Below, piece by piece: positions 1-12,179 of a stretch of DNA of 64,000 nt. The notes under the pieces were generated by a model. The model searched no databases. It worked only from the letters and a program-made list of their open reading frames with translations, and was not told the DNA's origin. The position numbers and the translations under genes were made by a program. Location of the stretch: contig JAQGDQ010000527.1 in the NCBI GenBank assembly GCA_030141605.1, forward strand, positions 62,001 through 126,000. The letters are read 5' to 3'. Positions within the stretch are counted from its first letter, which is position 1. Each line of letters begins with the position of its first letter. This DNA is from Tubiluchus corallicola. Lineage: Eukaryota; Animalia; Priapulida.

Positions 1-3000
1 CGAGGCCCAGCCCACATGTTCCTTTGTTCTCTTGCAGTCCTCACGATTATTCCACGACGTTTCCCATCATTTTAGACTCCATCCCTTAATCGCGTAGACA
101 CAGCTAGCGTAAGGGACGGGCAGATAGGGTTCTGGCCCCTCCGGAGAGAGCTCAGATCCCTTTTTAGCAAGCTTGTCCGCCTCTTCGTTACCATGTACTC
201 CTTCGTGTCCAGGAATCCATGTAACCAAGACTCGGTTTCTTTTTCCAAGTATGTTCAAGTTTTCAACACAACGTAAAACCGAGATAGATTTTACTGTATT
301 GTTTTCAGTAGCTTTAATAGCCGCCTGGCTGTCTGACAGGATGACTATTGATTGATTCTGGAGTCCTTCCGAAGACATTATCTCCGCCGCTTGTGAGATG
401 GCGAAAACTTCTGCCTGGAAAACAGTACTCAATTTCCCAAGATAGAAGAACTCCTCCAATACTCTGGACTCAGTCGGATACTCGATACGTATACCTGCAC
501 CGATCCTTCCGCCCAGTTTGGAACCATCGGTATAACACCTGACACAGTTCCTATCCATTTCGCCTTCCGATTTGATAGCGATTTCTCTTTCCTGAATCTG
601 GCATTCGAAATTTCTTTCGAACACGCGTGTTCTTTTTCTTAAATCACCCGGCATATGCAACAGTTGGAGGTCGCGCCTATAGCTAGTGCACACATCGATA
701 TGACTTTTAGACTTACCAAAAGTTCCCACGGTCTTCGCTGTCCAGAGCCCCGCCGTATCTATACGGTATGACCCTCGGACCGCCTCCGACCGAATGAACT
801 CGTCTATTGGTGTGATATTCAACAACATCTCCAATGCACCGGTAGGAGTACTTGGGAACGCTGAAGAAATCATTAAGCATGCTAATCTCTGTACTTTCTG
901 GAGCATTTTCCTGAGGTACATTTTTTCCAACCCGCTGACCCAGGACACACACGCATACGTCATGAAAGGACGCACCATTGCCGTGTATATCCATTTCATG
1001 ATCCGCGGTTGGATACCCCACGTTTTACCAACAATTTGTCTGCATTGCATAAGTGCCGCCGTCGCCTTGTTGGTGACCCGTGTTATATGGCTCTTTCAAG
1101 TCAGTTTACTGTCTAGGGTTACCCCTAGCAGTTTCGCTTCATTGGAGAGTTGGAGCTTCTGTCCATTCATCCAGAGATCCCCAATATTTGGATTTCTCTT
1201 GTTTGTGAACATGATTACTTCGGTCTTACTACTGCTGAATTCTAGTTCAGTTTTCCTGGACCAGTCAGCAGCAATGTTAATTACATTTTGCGCCCTCCTT
1301 CTGACCGTCGATACGTTCGCACTAGCTATTAGTACTGCCAGGTCGTCGGCATAGGCTTGTGCATAAATTCCATTTTCTTCAAATTCCCTAAGCAGAGAGT
1401 TCAATACACAGTTCCATAGCAAGGGAGACAGTATTCCGCCTTGGGGGTTTCCCTTTACTACTTCCCTCTTTACCGTGGCATCACACAGCTCTACTTGGAC
1501 CGTACGGCACCTTACCATGTTCTCAATCCAGCGGATAAGAACTGGCGATACCTCAAGTTCAAGCAATGCGGCGGATATGCTATTAAAAGAAACGTTATCG
1601 AATGCCCCAACAATATCCAAAAAGACACCTAGTGAGAGCTTCTTTTTAGCAAGACTACGTTCAATACGCTGTACATACTCGTGCAGAGCAGTTTCCGTGG
1701 AAACGCCTGCGCGGAAGCCATACTGCACATTGGATAGTCTTGCTTGTAATTCAGTATCCTCGTTCAATTGATAGAGGACTATTCTCTCCAACCATTTCAG
1801 TTGAAATGACGTTAATGTTATCATCCGGAAAGACTTGACTTCTAAATAGCTATTCTTTCCGGGTTTCGGCAAAAATACTTCTTTCCCTTCCTTCCAGGAT
1901 CTCGGTACATAACCATACCTGAGACATGTCTGGAAAAGCATGAGGTAGTGTTTTTTAATGTATTTCCATCCTTTCTGCAACAGGACTGGATATATACCAT
2001 CCGGTCCCGGAGCCTTGAACGGTTGGAATTCAAACAGTGCCGCTTTCACTCGTTCTTCCGAGCAAATGGAAGCGATGAATTCCTCATCCACGGTCGCGCA
2101 AACAGGCAAATCCGTGGATGTGTCTGGTTCCGTTACTCGACTCCCTGGTGATAGGGTGTCGAGGAGCCGGTTTAAAGTTTTCTCCGGTGAACTGGTTAAT
2201 TTACCGTCTTCTTTATACACACAGCTTAACTGCGCTGCTTTATTTCGGCGGAGGACCTTTACCAACCTAGCAGTTGGTGCCTGATCTTCCATCTTTTCCG
2301 TGAAACTCCGCCAGGATTGGCGTTTCGCCTTCCGGACGGCGTTTTTGAATATAGACTGGGTTAGCTTTCTTGTTTCCCAGTCTCGTTGATTTTTAGTCTT
2401 AGTGGCTCTCCTGCAAGCCCTGCGCGCCTCCTTGCGGAGACGGCTTAGCTCCGGATTCCACCATTTGTTCCCATCCTTCTTCCTCTGCCTACGTAATGGG
2501 CAAGCAGTTTCATAAGAATGAATAACAGCAGCCTGAACTTCATCAGCCAAATCCTCAATATCCTCATTGGAGGACATCTTGTATTCCCGGTTCAGTTCTG
2601 GAAGTTTATGCTCAAGTTCTTCCGCATACTTTTCCCAGCAAGTACAGCGGATGTTCCTGATGAGTGGGTTTTCTTTTGAAATACTGCTTTTCACTAGGAA
2701 TCTTATATACATGTGGTCCGACAGCGATGGCACGTCACTGACATACCAATCGCATACTATGTCCCCTGCATGCAGATTCCTCAGTGTCAAGTCTAGCACC
2801 TCTTCTCTTGCTTTTGTTCGGAACGTTGGTTTACGGCCAACATTACAGAACTCAAGATTAGCGCTTGCACAATACTCCAAGAGTTCCTCACCCCTGTCGT
2901 TGACATCGGTGGAACCCCATAACGTATGATGCGCATTAGCATCAGTCCCCACAATAATTGGAGTTTTATCACCGTCCCCGAATGATATCAGTTCCCTGAG

Positions 3001-3519
3001 TAACATAGGGGGAGCCGGTTGATCATGCACCATGTATGCCGAGGCGAAAATGAACTCATCTCCATCCCGGCACACATTTTTTGCTTTAACCACCACAATG
3101 TCTGTATTCGAGAACACTGGAAGTAAAAAGCATTTTAGGTTAGGAGTGGCATAAATGCACGCCCGAGGCCTTTCTCCATTCCGGTTTCCCTGGAACAGAT
3201 CCCATCCTCGGAGTTTACCCCTAACTTCCCCACCGTGCGTCCAGGGTTCCTGTACAAAGACTAACCCGGTACGTATGTGTTTTACAACATCCTGCAAGTT
3301 GTAACTCGCAGCTTTGCTTTTGTGAAGATTGATTTGCCAGCACTCAATACCAGAGACACTTTGTGCTGGCTTCTCACCTATTTTATCCAAATTGTCCCCG
3401 GAAATAACATTCAATCTACCGTGGGTATTTCCACCGAAGACTGTCTGCGGCCGGGATTTTACTTTAGCCCGTTCCCATACTTTTCTGTATTTACGTTTCC
3501 ATACTGGACTCGGGTGCCT
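1..3519 (-). pseudogene. Retrotransposon ORF2 (APE endonuclease, reverse transcriptase, RNase H) with two in-frame TGA stops
   Basis: APE motifs QINLHKS, VQEPW, GTDANAHHTLWGS, SDH. RT motifs KAPGPDG, QYGFR, FLDIVGAFD, PQGGILSP, YADD, LGVTLD. RNase H motifs YTDGS, AEVFAI, SDSQAA, WIPGH, GNEEAD. ORFs 1096-3414 and 67-1050 are in the same frame, split by TGA 1096-1098 (DSKLT*KSHI, where W is expected). After TGA 67-69 the frame stays open to the window edge. Confidence 0.9.
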
Positions 3520-4794
3520 TCATCTGCGATTGCTCGACAGACGGCAGCTCCTTTGTTCCAGTGGCAACGTCGGGGTTTTTCCACCCTCGGTACTCACTTC
3601 TGGACCCTTATCCACCGTTTGAACAGGTGTTTCCGGTTCCTTGGCTTTCCCTTGGTTTTTCTTTTTCTTTTTGGACTGGAACGTGACTCGTTTGCATCCG
3701 GCGTACGGAGCAAACTCCAGTCGTTCCAGACCTGACAGGGACGGTTCCCAGACCGCTACTACGTGTAGCATTCCGCCGACCCCTTTTGACCCACCGCGGA
3801 CCTCCATGTGCTTCCGTTGGAGTTCCGAATTACATCGGTCCACCAACATCAGCAGATCCTCGATTTTGATATCATCCTCATCTGGAATCCAAACCCCGAA
3901 GGTCCTTGCTGGCGGAAGATCTTTCGGTCCTCTCGCCTCGTACCCCGGGTGGCCCACAGATGGGTTTTCAATGTCCAGGACAAGCTGTTTTGCCCACTCC
4001 AGGGTTTTCTCGTCCTTGCACACGACATGGACTTTGCCTTCATGTAGGTAGGTCCTCTCAATGCGGACAAGAAACCCCGGATCCGTTCTGAGAAGGACAC
4101 GGTTGATCCCCGACTGTATTGCCCGTAAATCCGAGCCGTCCAGAGGGTCTTCTCCCGCGTCCTTTTTTGTAATTTTAAGGTGTTGGCCGCCAGACTTCAC
4201 AGCCTTGGCATATGAGGCCTTACTGCTTCCTTCTGTGCCTTCACCCTTTCGACCTTCCTCTCCCTTACGCCCCGCTTGCCCGGAGTCACCCCGGGGTCGC
4301 TTCACGTTCGAGATCGGACTTGGAGTTGAGAGAGCGCTGCTCGTTCTCTTTTTCACCACCGATGGGTTAGGAGTGGGAGCCTCCTCCTGATTGGCGATCG
4401 ACATAGCCGACACACCTTTCAGAAGTCGTCTATTTTCCTTCTTCCGCCGGTTTTTTTCATGATTTTTCCCCATCGGTTTCGATTCCTCGGGCTTGCTGGG
4501 CTCATTTGGAGCACCAGGATTCCGGGTATCTACTCCTTCTGGGGCAGGTACGGTGTTCAGAGTATACTCTGACGATGCCGAACCTTTACTGGTCTTTGTA
4601 GTCCATGGATTCCCTTTTTCAGAGACTTGCATGTCCTCAGTTTTCGTTTCTTCCAAGAACTCCGTAATTTTCGGCTGTTCTGGTTTCAAATCTGGTTCAC
4701 GGGAAGATCCGGCTTTCACCGGCTTGTTCCCTGCAGGTTTTAATTTTGTTAGGGTAGGGAGCCGTGCTGGACTCGATTTTTCTTTCTCGTTCAT
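3520..4794 (-). CDS. Retrotransposon ORF1 (gag-like, DUF4780-like C-terminal half)
   Basis: First ATG at 4794 (MNEKEKSS); the track starts at an upstream TTG. Lys/Arg/Pro-rich N-half with SYAKAVK, then VVCKDEKTLEWAKQ...PKDLPP...GVWIPD...YAGCKRVTF, recalled as DUF4780-like. Confidence 0.75.
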   Translation of the reverse strand: MNEKEKSSPARLPTLTKLKPAGNKPVKAGSSREPDLKPEQPKITEFLEETKTEDMQVSEKGNPWTTKTSKGSASSEYTLNTVPAPEGVDTRNPGAPNEPSKPEESKPMGKNHEKNRRKKENRRLLKGVSAMSIANQEEAPTPNPSVVKKRTSSALSTPSPISNVKRPRGDSGQAGRKGEEGRKGEGTEGSSKASYAKAVKSGGQHLKITKKDAGEDPLDGSDLRAIQSGINRVLLRTDPGFLVRIERTYLHEGKVHVVCKDEKTLEWAKQLVLDIENPSVGHPGYEARGPKDLPPARTFGVWIPDEDDIKIEDLLMLVDRCNSELQRKHMEVRGGSKGVGGMLHVVAVWEPSLSGLERLEFAPYAGCKRVTFQSKKKKKNQGKAKEPETPVQTVDKGPEVSTEGGKTPTLPLEQRSCRLSSNRR

Positions 4795-4905
4795 TTCATA
4801 AGTTTGTTGGTTTTTAAAGCGGGTAAACTCCAACCCAGGAGCCGACTGGCACTCACCAGCCCCCTCCGACCGGAAGAGATCAGGGACCTAGTACTGACGG
4901 ACTTG

Positions 4906-5157
4906 TCATTACGAATGCATATTAGTAATGTGTATCACACAGTTTGTGTAGTACAGTGACATTAAGCTACAACCGTCTTGTAAGGGTTAATGGCATCCGA
5001 TCTAATAGAAAAAACTACCTGCACTATCTTTGGAATCGTGACACGGACTTCAGCTGGATACACTCAATTAATCGCCCGGGCCGCACTTTCATTAGGTTGA
5101 CAAAACTCTTCGCGAGCCACGCAAATCTCTCGGCGGGCCGCAATTTGCACATCCCTG
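4906..5157 (+). mobile_element. hAT MITE family A, right half only
   Basis: Matches the right half of 19682-20165 and ends in TIR tttgcacatccctg. The left half is replaced by the LINE. Confidence 0.85.
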
Positions 5158-5229
5158 CCTTAACACAAAACTAATATTTAAAACATATGTTACTTGTTCC
5201 ATCTTATGAGAAAAGTTTTCTTTTCTTAG

Positions 5230-8138
5230 TATTAACTCATTACAAGACTACACTAGCATCAACACTTCTCATCAAAGATTATGTACATTCCTATTAACTC
5301 GTTACAAGACTACACTAGCATCAACACTTCTCATCAAAGATTATGTACATTCCTATTAACTCGTTACAAGACTACACTAGCATCCACACTTCTCATCAAA
5401 GATTATGTACATTCCTATTAACTCATTACAAGACTACACTAGCATCAAAACTTCTCATCAAAGATTATGTACATTCCTATTAACTCATTACAAGACTACA
5501 CTAGCATCAACACTTCTCATCAAAGATTATGTACATTCCTATTAACTCATTACAAGACTACACTAGCATCAACACTTCTCATCAAAGATTATGTACATTC
5601 CTATTAACTCATTACAAGACTACACTAGCATCAACACTTCTCATCAAAGATTATGTACATTCCTGTTAACTCGTTACAAGACTACACTAGCATCAACACT
5701 TCTTATCAAAGATTATGTACATTTCTATTAACTCATTACAAGACTACACTAGCATCAACACTTCTCATCAAAGATTATGTACATTCCTATTAACTCATTA
5801 CAAGACTACACTAGCATCAACACTTCTCATCAAAGATTATGTACATTTCTATTAACTCATTACAAGACTACACTAGCATCAACACTTCTTATCAAAGATT
5901 ATGTACATTCCTATTAACTCATTACAAGACTACACTAGCATCAACACTTCTCATCAAAGATTATGTACATTCCTATTAACTCATTACAAGACTACACTAG
6001 CATCAACACTTCTCATCAAAGATTATGTACATTCCTATTAACTCATTACAAGACTACACTAGCATCAACACTTCTTATCAAAGATTATGTACATTCCTAT
6101 TAACTCATTACAAGACTACACTAGCATCAACACTTCTCATCAAAGATTATGTACATTCCTATTAACTCATTACAAGACTACACTAGCATCAACACTTCTC
6201 ATCAAAGATTATGTACATTCCTATTAACTCATTACAAGACTACACTAGCATCAACACTTCTATCAAAGATTATGTACATTCCTATTAACTCATTACAAGA
6301 CTACACTAGCATCAACACTTCTATCAAAGATTATGTACATTTCTATTAACTATTACAAGACTACACTAGCATCAACACTTCTTATCAAAGATTATGTACA
6401 TTCCTATTAACTCATTACAAGACTACACTAGCATCAACACTTCTCATCAAAGATTATGTACATTCCTATTAACTCGTTACAAGACTACACTAGCATCAAC
6501 ACTTCTCATCAAAGATTATGTACATTCCTATTAACTCATTACAAGACTACACTAGCATCAACACTTCTTATCAAAGATTATGTACATTCCTATTAACTCA
6601 TTACAAGACTACACTAGCATCAACACTTCTCATCAAAGATTATGTACATTTCTATTAACTCATTACAAGACTACACTAGCATCAACACTTTATCAAAGAT
6701 TATGTACATTCCTATTAACTCTTACAAGACTACACTAGCATCAACACTTCTCATCAAAGATTATGTACATTCCTATTAACTCATTACAAGACTACACTAG
6801 CATCAACACTTCTCATCAAAGATTATGTACATTCCTATTAACTCATTACAAGACTACACTAGCATCAACACTTCTCATCAAAGATTATATACATTCCTAT
6901 TAACTCATTACAAGACTACACTAGCATCAACACTTCTCATCAAAGATTATGTACATTTCTATTAACTCATTACAAGACTACACTAGCATCCACACTTCTC
7001 ATCAAAGATTATGTACATTCCTATTAACTCATTACAAGACTACACTAGCATCAACACTTCTCATCAAAGATTATGTACATTCCTATTAACTCATTACAAG
7101 ACTACACTAGCATCAACACTTCTTATCAAAGATTATGTACATTCCTATTAACTCATTACAAGACTACACTAGCATCAACACTTCTCATCAAAGATTATGT
7201 ACATTCCTATTAACTCATTACAAGACTACACTAGCATCACCACTTCTCATCAAAGATTATGTACATTCCTATTAACTCATTACAAGACTACACTAGCATC
7301 AACACTTCTTATCAAAGATTATGTACATTCCTATTAACTCATTACAAGACTACACTAGCATCAACACTTCTTATCAAAGATTATGTACATTCCTATTAAC
7401 TCATTACAAGACTACACTAGCATCAACACTTCTTATCAAAGATTATGTACATTCCTATTAACTCATTACAAGACTACACTAGCATCAACACTTCTCATCA
7501 AAGATTATGTACATTCCTATTAACTCATTACAAGACTACACTAGCATCAACACTTCTCATCAAAGATTATGTACATTCCTATTAACTCATTACAAGACTA
7601 CACTAGCATCAACACTTCTTATCAAAGATTATCTACATTCCTATTAACTCATTACAAGACTACACTAGCATCAACACTTCTCATCAAAGATTATGTACAT
7701 TCCTATTAACTTATTACAAGACTACACTAGCATCAACACTTCTCATCAAAGATTATGTACATTCCTATTAACTCATTACAAGACTACACTAGCATCAACA
7801 CTTCTCATCAAAGATTATGTACATTCCTATTAACTCATTACAAGACTACACTAGCATCAACACTTCTCATCAAAGATTATGTACATTCCTATTAACTCAT
7901 TACAAGACTACACTAGCATCAACACTTCTTATCAAAGATTATGTACATTCCTATTAACTCATTACAAGACTACACTAGCATCAACACTTCTCGTCAAAGA
8001 TTATCTACATTCCTATTAACTCATTACAAGACTACACTAGCATCAACACTTCTCATCAAAGATTATGTACATTCCTATTAACTCATTACAAGACTACACT
8101 AGCATCAACACTTCTTATCAAAGATTATGTACATTTCT
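5230..8138. repeat. 59-bp tandem satellite, ~49 near-identical copies
   Basis: Unit tattaactcattacaagactacactagcatcaacacttctcatcaaagattatgtacattcc; register shifts one base per 60-nt line. Confidence 0.97.
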
Positions 8139-8462
8139 AACGTTCTATTCAGATCTTTGATTTAACACAGATGCTCACGTATTTGTATATTACACAGTAG
8201 ACACACTTTGCTTTTAAATAACTTGGTATTACAAACCTGCATGTTTTGATTAATCAATTCAGCTTTCATCAATCATATATTCACCCTGTCAGCTTACTGT
8301 AATTACGTAATGTAACTGTATTATTATATTTTTATTATAAACGATTCCATGTCAGCTGCTAGATGCTTATTTTAGTGCTCTTATAATTAAACGAATTTTT
8401 GTAGGGTTTCTTGTGCAATAAGTTTGGAATCGGTTTAGCTGAATTACTCTGTGGTGGATTAT

Positions 8463-8585
8463 GGCGCGTTCAGACGTGGAGACTTCTCTCGCGACTTGTT
8501 GCGCAGCTTCTTTTTGAGAATAAAGTTGCACGTCTGAACGGCTTGGCAACGTCTTTTGCAACTAGTCTCTACGTCTGAATGGCCC
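8463..8585. mobile_element. Short palindromic MITE, possibly PIF/Harbinger-like
   Basis: Inverted ends ttcagacgtggagact ... agtctctacgtctgaa in a GC-rich 120-bp island. Confidence 0.4.
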
Positions 8586-8689
8586 TTTAGTGTATCATAC
8601 CGTTCAATACTTTTTTGTCTGTCAAAAGTCATGCTATTATCTTCTTGTGAGAACAATGGAACGTAATGCTACACTGTTTTCATTATAAT

Positions 8690-9200
8690 CTAAATGCTGG
8701 AACATGACGCTGTTATGTTCTTGTAAGAATGTCATTATTCGGACATAATACTATGTTTTTATGAAAATGCAAACATCAACATGATGCTGTTGTTCTTGTA
8801 AGAGTGTAAAACATTAAAAACATGATGCTCTTATGTTCCTATAAAAGCAGAAACATTGGAACATGATGTTATTGTTGTTTTATGAGAATGTGAATATAGG
8901 ATCATGATGTGGTTGTGTTCTTATAAGAACATAAACATTGAAATATGATGTAGTTGTGTTCTTATAAGAACATAAACATTGAAATATGATGTAGTTGTGT
9001 TCTTATAAGAACATAAACATGGAAATATAATGTAGTTGTGTTCTTATAAGAACATAAACATTGAAATATGATTTAGTTGTGTTCTTATGAGAACATAAAC
9101 ATTGAAATATGATGTGGTTGTGTTCTTATAAGAACGTAAACATTGAAATATGATGTTGTTATGTCTTTATAGGAATATGTACATCGAAACATGTTTTCAT
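8690..9200. repeat. 41-bp minisatellite with degenerate flanking copies
   Basis: Unit aaacattgaaatatgatgtagttgtgttcttataagaacat, best at 8900-9160; contains the perfect palindrome tgttcttataagaaca. Confidence 0.85.
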
Positions 9201-10042
9201 GTTCCCATAAAATTTGAACAGCAGAACGTAATGCTATAGGTTTTTTATAATCCTCCTGTAAGAACGTCGTGCAAAAATATTAGTGAAGATTTCGTTGTAG
9301 TTTTTCTAAGATTACAAACGTACACAGGTTAAGAAAGTAACACTTGGAACCCCCGATGTGGAAAGGGACTTGAAACAACTAGAGCGAGAAGCCAATCTGA
9401 GCGGGAAGCCAAGTTCTCGCTCAAATACCTTAGTGGGTTCTCCAAAGGTTGTACATAGCTTGTCTGTGTAACAAGAGTCTGCTTAGAGATGTGGCTAGTG
9501 CGTTCTAGAAGCATGTGTAGTCTTTGTTTCTGACCCAGTTACATTACTAATTAACACGGTGATGCTAATTAACCATATGTTTAAATTTACCTGATCATTT
9601 TGTGAATTAACATGTCAGGTGTGTGCTGATCAAACTGTTTCTTCTAACTAACACTGAGTGTTCTTGCTGTTTGTTTGAAATTTGACATTACAAGAGCATT
9701 ATCCGTAGAGTGCCTGATCTGTTTGTTGAAGATGATAGAACAATTTCTTCTGAATAGCGTTGGTATCTTCGTCTTTCTTCCAGGCTGCTTCTTTTTGAAA
9801 TCCTTGAGCGTTTCTTGTCCGGCTTTCCGGTTCTGTCCTGACAACATTAATTGTTGTCAATGAAAAATGCTTCTAAGTCTTCCGTCAGGCAGATAATAAG
9901 ATTGATATCGTGATGTTACTCGCTAGAGATGTTCTTATGTTTTTTGGTGATATTTCAACGTACAATGCCCAGTAATTTTAAAACTTTGATTTTAAATGCA
10001 GTAAAAGATAATAATCAAAATTTTGCTTGGCATGCCAAAAAT

Positions 10043-10435
10043 GTTGGCATCCTTCTGTCTCGGAAGACAATGGAATGTGCGCCAAGAGAGTCAGTTATTG
10101 ATCACATTGATGGAGCTGCAGCGTCGACTGTGGCTGAGCAGTCCGATCCTTGAACGTCTCCAGGGCGCACGCCTGGGCAAGGTGTATGGAGATCCTGAGT
10201 TGCCCAGACAACAGGAACCCCTTCTCTTCCTCCCTGGTGTAGTCCAAAGCAAAGCGGAGCGATACGTCTGGCACCAGGTTGGCTGCAGGAGCTGCCGGAG
10301 TCAGTGAGCATGCTGCACTGGTCCGTCTTTGGGGCTCCACTCCTGATTTGGAAGGTTTACTCCTCTACACATGGCCATTGGGTCACTTGACCTCCTCCCT
10401 CTAGTCGCTGGCTGCTTGTGCATATGGCCATAGTC
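10043..10435 (-). mobile_element. 5S-derived SINE copy with most of the 5S head deleted
   Basis: Body matches 43702-44260. Starts gactatggccata, then jumps to tgcacaagcagcc. TSD catgccaaaaat at 10031-10042 and 10435-10446. Confidence 0.88.
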
Positions 10436-10684
10436 ATGCCAAAAATACTGACTTATTAAAACGGACCCACTTGAATTGCTTTGTGTCATTAGTATCGTTA
10501 TTGTATCCTTGAGCCTTTCTCTGAAGATTACCTCTACTGCCATATTGCATAAGTTTCAAGCTGATGAAGTCATCTCTTTTGAAAAGGTTTTGCAAATTTA
10601 TATACAAAAAATGTCAATAACTTACTAAATCTGTCACCATTTTTTCATCCCTACCTTTAGTAGTAATTTAATACTGTCCAATCG

Positions 10685-11370
10685 CCGATTAGTACTAATT
10701 TAGTGCTGTCCAACCACTGATGTAATGCTATGTAATGACCACTTAGTACTGATTTAGTGCTGTCTAATCACTGATTAGTACTAATTTAGTGCTATCCAAT
10801 CACCGATGTAATGCTATCGAATGACCGATGACCGATTAGTACTAATTTAGTGCTTTCCAACCAATGATGTAATGCTGTGTAATGACCACTTAGTACTGAT
10901 TTAGTGCTATCCAATCACCGACGTAATGCTGTGCAATGACCAATTAGTACTAATTTAGTGCTATGCAATCACCGACGTAATGCTATCCAATGACCGATGA
11001 CCGATTAGTACTAATTTACTGCTGTCCAATCACTGATGTAATGCTGTGTAATGACCACTTAGTACTAATTTAGTGCTATCCAATCACCGACGTAATGCTA
11101 TCGAATTACCGATGACCGATTAGTACTAATTTAGTGCTGTCCAACCACTGATGTAATGCTGTGTAATGACCACTTAGTACTGATTTAGTGCTATCCAATC
11201 ACTGATTAGTACTAATTTAGTGCTGTCCAACCACTGTTGTAATGCTGTGTAATGACCACTTAGTACTGATTTAGTGCTGTCTAATCACTGATTAGTACTA
11301 ATTTAGCGCTGTCCAGTCATTGATTAATTAATGCTACTTTAGTGCTGTCTAACCACTGATTAGTGCAAAT
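10685..11370. repeat. Composite minisatellite (27-48 bp units)
   Basis: Recurrent tagtactaatttagtgctatccaatcaccgat / gtaatgctgtgtaatgaccact blocks. Confidence 0.85.
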
Positions 11371-12179
11371 TTCTTGGAGTGACTATTGCTTTCTCTGCAA
11401 GATCAATATGGCACACCTTGATAATGGCTGCAAAATGTGAAAATTTTAAACAAAAGAGCACCATCGTATTGTTTGCCCAGTACTGAATATATGTGCTCTT
11501 GTAAAATATTATCATAAATAAAATACTTCTTACTTAAAAAATTTTGTTTAAACTATTTTTAATTGTAAAATGCAACTGCTTTTTTGATATAAAATTTTAA
11601 CTAGTAAGTGTACAAGAGTTTCAGTAATGTAATGTTTCTTTTCATGTAAAGGTATTTGCAATTCTCTTATCACTTGTGTAAATTATTCAGTATGTCAGAA
11701 AAAATTTCTAGGTGCAAGTTGTGTCATCTATAGCAGTTCATTACTGGGTGTCGTCTAACTACACGTGTGTTAACGAATATTAAACTAGTTTCCAGTACTT
11801 TTCAATTAATTTCACGATGTTTTACAAATCTTGAGAGTATCGTCAGTACTTAGCAATGTAATGTTTACCATTTCTGTGTATAAAAATATTTTGATTGTTT
11901 GCATTATAACATAGCAACACAGGTGACTAACAACTCATTAATCTTAGTCACTTACATCGTAAAAAAATATGCTATCGTTTAGTTTTAATAGAATTAATTG
12001 CCAAGTGTGTATAATAAACAGAGGTGTTCATTAATCTCTAATAAATAGTTAAGTTCTAAAGTGCTATTTTTTTTATTACATGTATACCCGAGTGTTTAGT
12101 TTTAACTGTGAAAGTCGATCACTGTAATATGATAATTATTGTTAAATAGTTGAACTTCTTCGAAGATGGGTATTAATTT

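Larger units (their letters stand above)
1..4905 (-). mobile_element. Non-LTR retrotransposon, LOA/Lian-like (ORF1 + APE-RT-RNase H); 3' end runs off the window
   Basis: GC-richer block encoding ORF1, APE endonuclease, RT and RNase H in order on the minus strand. The 5' end abuts a half hAT MITE at ~4906. Clade call rests on domain order and the ORF1 type, not on a search. Confidence 0.92.

Noticed and set aside
1-4833. Alternative genetic code or selenocysteine explaining the TGA codons
   Set aside because: MICU, COMMD6 and RFC3 all terminate at TGA, and the element uses TGG for Trp throughout.
4830-4905. HDV-like ribozyme at the LINE 5' end (known for some LOA and RTE elements)
   Set aside because: Only small hairpins are visible; I could not build the nested double pseudoknot by eye here or in the SINE body. 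A covariance or descriptor search would settle it.
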